Made by a program: the position numbers and the translations under genes
Assembly: GCA_963833985.1 (NCBI GenBank)
Contig: CAWIAD010000001.1
Location: 1,600,001-1,664,000, forward strand
Direction: 5' to 3'
Length of the DNA: 64,000 nucleotides
From: an uncultured Planctomycetaceae bacterium
GTDB lineage: Bacteria; Planctomycetota; Planctomycetia; Isosphaerales; Isosphaeraceae
The notes under the pieces: generated by a model
What the model was told of the DNA's origin: nothing
The model's database searches: none
What the model saw: the letters and a program-made list of their open reading frames with translations, nothing else
Part shown: piece after piece, positions 62,824-64,000 of the stretch
Numbering within the stretch: position 1 is the stretch's first letter
Layout: each line of letters starts with the position of its first letter

Positions 62824-64000
62824 ATGTTGAAAACCGTCAGCTGGGTTCTCGGGCAGCCCGTGGTCGCCCGCGCACGCCGGCTGGCGCGCCGCTTCCTCAA
62901 CGAAACACACCAGACCGCCGAGATCCAGCAGCGGCTCGTGCTCCAGCAGGTGGCCCGGAACTCCGGCAGCCAGTTCGGCCGCGATCATCACTTCGCCGCG
63001 ATCCGCACGGTGCAAGACTTCCAGCGGCAGGTGCCCATCAGCGGCTACGAGCGCCACGAGCCGTATATCGACCGCGTCCGCCAGGGCGATACCGAGGCGC
63101 TCTTCGCGGCGGGCACGAAAGTGCTGATGTTCGCCATGACCTCGGGCACGACCAGCCGTCCCAAGACGATCCCGGTCACCCGGCAAGCACTGGAGAACTA
63201 CCGGGAAGGCTGGACCATCTGGGGCATCCAGGCCTTCGATGCTCACCGGGAGATCCTCCGTTGGGGATTGCGCCCGATCCTCCAGATCGCCAGCGACTGG
63301 AAGGACAGCTTCACCCCCGCCGGCATTCCCTGCGGCGCGATCACCGGGCTGACCGCGTCCATGCAGAACCCGATGGTTCGCAGCGTCTACTGCATGCCGG
63401 TGGCCGGCTCGCGCATCAAGGACATCGAATCGAAGTACTACGTAGCGCTGCGGTTTTCCGTTTACCGCAACCTGGGCACCATCATTGCCGCGAACCCGAG
63501 TACGGTCCTGGCCATGGTGCGGCTGGGCGACCGCGAGAAAGAGACCCTGATCCGCGACCTGCACGACGGCACCCTGTCGCCGAAATGGGACATCCCTGAG
63601 CCGATCCGCCGCGCCCTGCGGTTCCGCTCGGGCATGAAACGCAGGGCCCACGCAAGGCGGCTCGAGAGCATCGTCAAAGAAACCGGCCGGCTCCTGCCCC
63701 GAGATTACTGGCCGAACCTGGAGTTCCTGTCGAGCTGGATGGGCGGCACCATGAAGGCCTACCTCTGCGGGTTCCCCGAGATGTTCGGTGACAAGCCCGT
63801 GCGCGACGTGGGGCTGATCGCGTCCGAAGGCCGGATGACCATTCCGGTCGAGGACGGCACGCCGGCCGGCATCCTCGATATCCGCCATCATTTCTTCGAG
63901 TTCATCCCGGAAGATCAGGCGGCGAGCGAGACGCCAGAGACCGTCGCGGCCGTCGACTTGGTCGAGGGTCAATGCTACTTCATCGTACTCACGACCGCCG
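62824..64000 (+). CDS. GH3-family acyl acid-amido synthetase (truncated by window edge)
   Basis: Translated from ATG 62824: FGRDHHF, VPISGYE, FAMTSGTTSRPKTIPVT, LIASEG, HFFEFIPED; open to the end of the window. Confidence 0.88.
   Translation, partial: MLKTVSWVLGQPVVARARRLARRFLNETHQTAEIQQRLVLQQVARNSGSQFGRDHHFAAIRTVQDFQRQVPISGYERHEPYIDRVRQGDTEALFAAGTKVLMFAMTSGTTSRPKTIPVTRQALENYREGWTIWGIQAFDAHREILRWGLRPILQIASDWKDSFTPAGIPCGAITGLTASMQNPMVRSVYCMPVAGSRIKDIESKYYVALRFSVYRNLGTIIAANPSTVLAMVRLGDREKETLIRDLHDGTLSPKWDIPEPIRRALRFRSGMKRRAHARRLESIVKETGRLLPRDYWPNLEFLSSWMGGTMKAYLCGFPEMFGDKPVRDVGLIASEGRMTIPVEDGTPAGILDIRHHFFEFIPEDQAASETPETVAAVDLVEGQCYFIVLTTA

Noticed and set aside
1..64000. CRISPR arrays, tRNA/rRNA genes, integron or diversity-generating retroelement
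   Set aside because: No spaced repeats, recognisable RNA genes, integrase or reverse transcriptase seen; paralog differences are not adenine-specific

Overview
GC-rich 64 kb chromosomal window, most likely from a planctomycete (inferred from the LEPLEDRxLL export motif, the PVC-type CxxCH/HEAT protein and the extended ACP). Contents in order: a glycan-modification block (sulfotransferase, GT2-GT4, methyltransferase, acyltransferase); ate/bpt; glnE; SMI1/KNR4; miaB; hopanoid C-3 methylase hpnR; fmt-def; an ECF sigma/anti-sigma followed by a GldA/F/G-like ABC system plus DUF4340. Next come two tandem paralogous secreted proteins with a clan GH-A-like domain and a dockerin. The second is split just after its export signal by an IS1634-family element that itself carries a second IS1634 element; both junctions can be reconstructed. 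The rest holds an LplT-Aas fusion, a CxxCH/HEAT protein, CheB-CheR-PAS plus a hybrid kinase, efp with an Asn-tipped loop, two peptidases, and a type II FAS/PKS-like cluster (2 dehydratases, ACP, Cys-less KS plus active KS, hydrolase, GH3 ligase) that runs off the right edge. About ten 1-2 nt frameshifts in conserved genes, most in homopolymer or (GC)n runs, look like long-read errors. All calls come from reading motifs by eye; no database searches were run.
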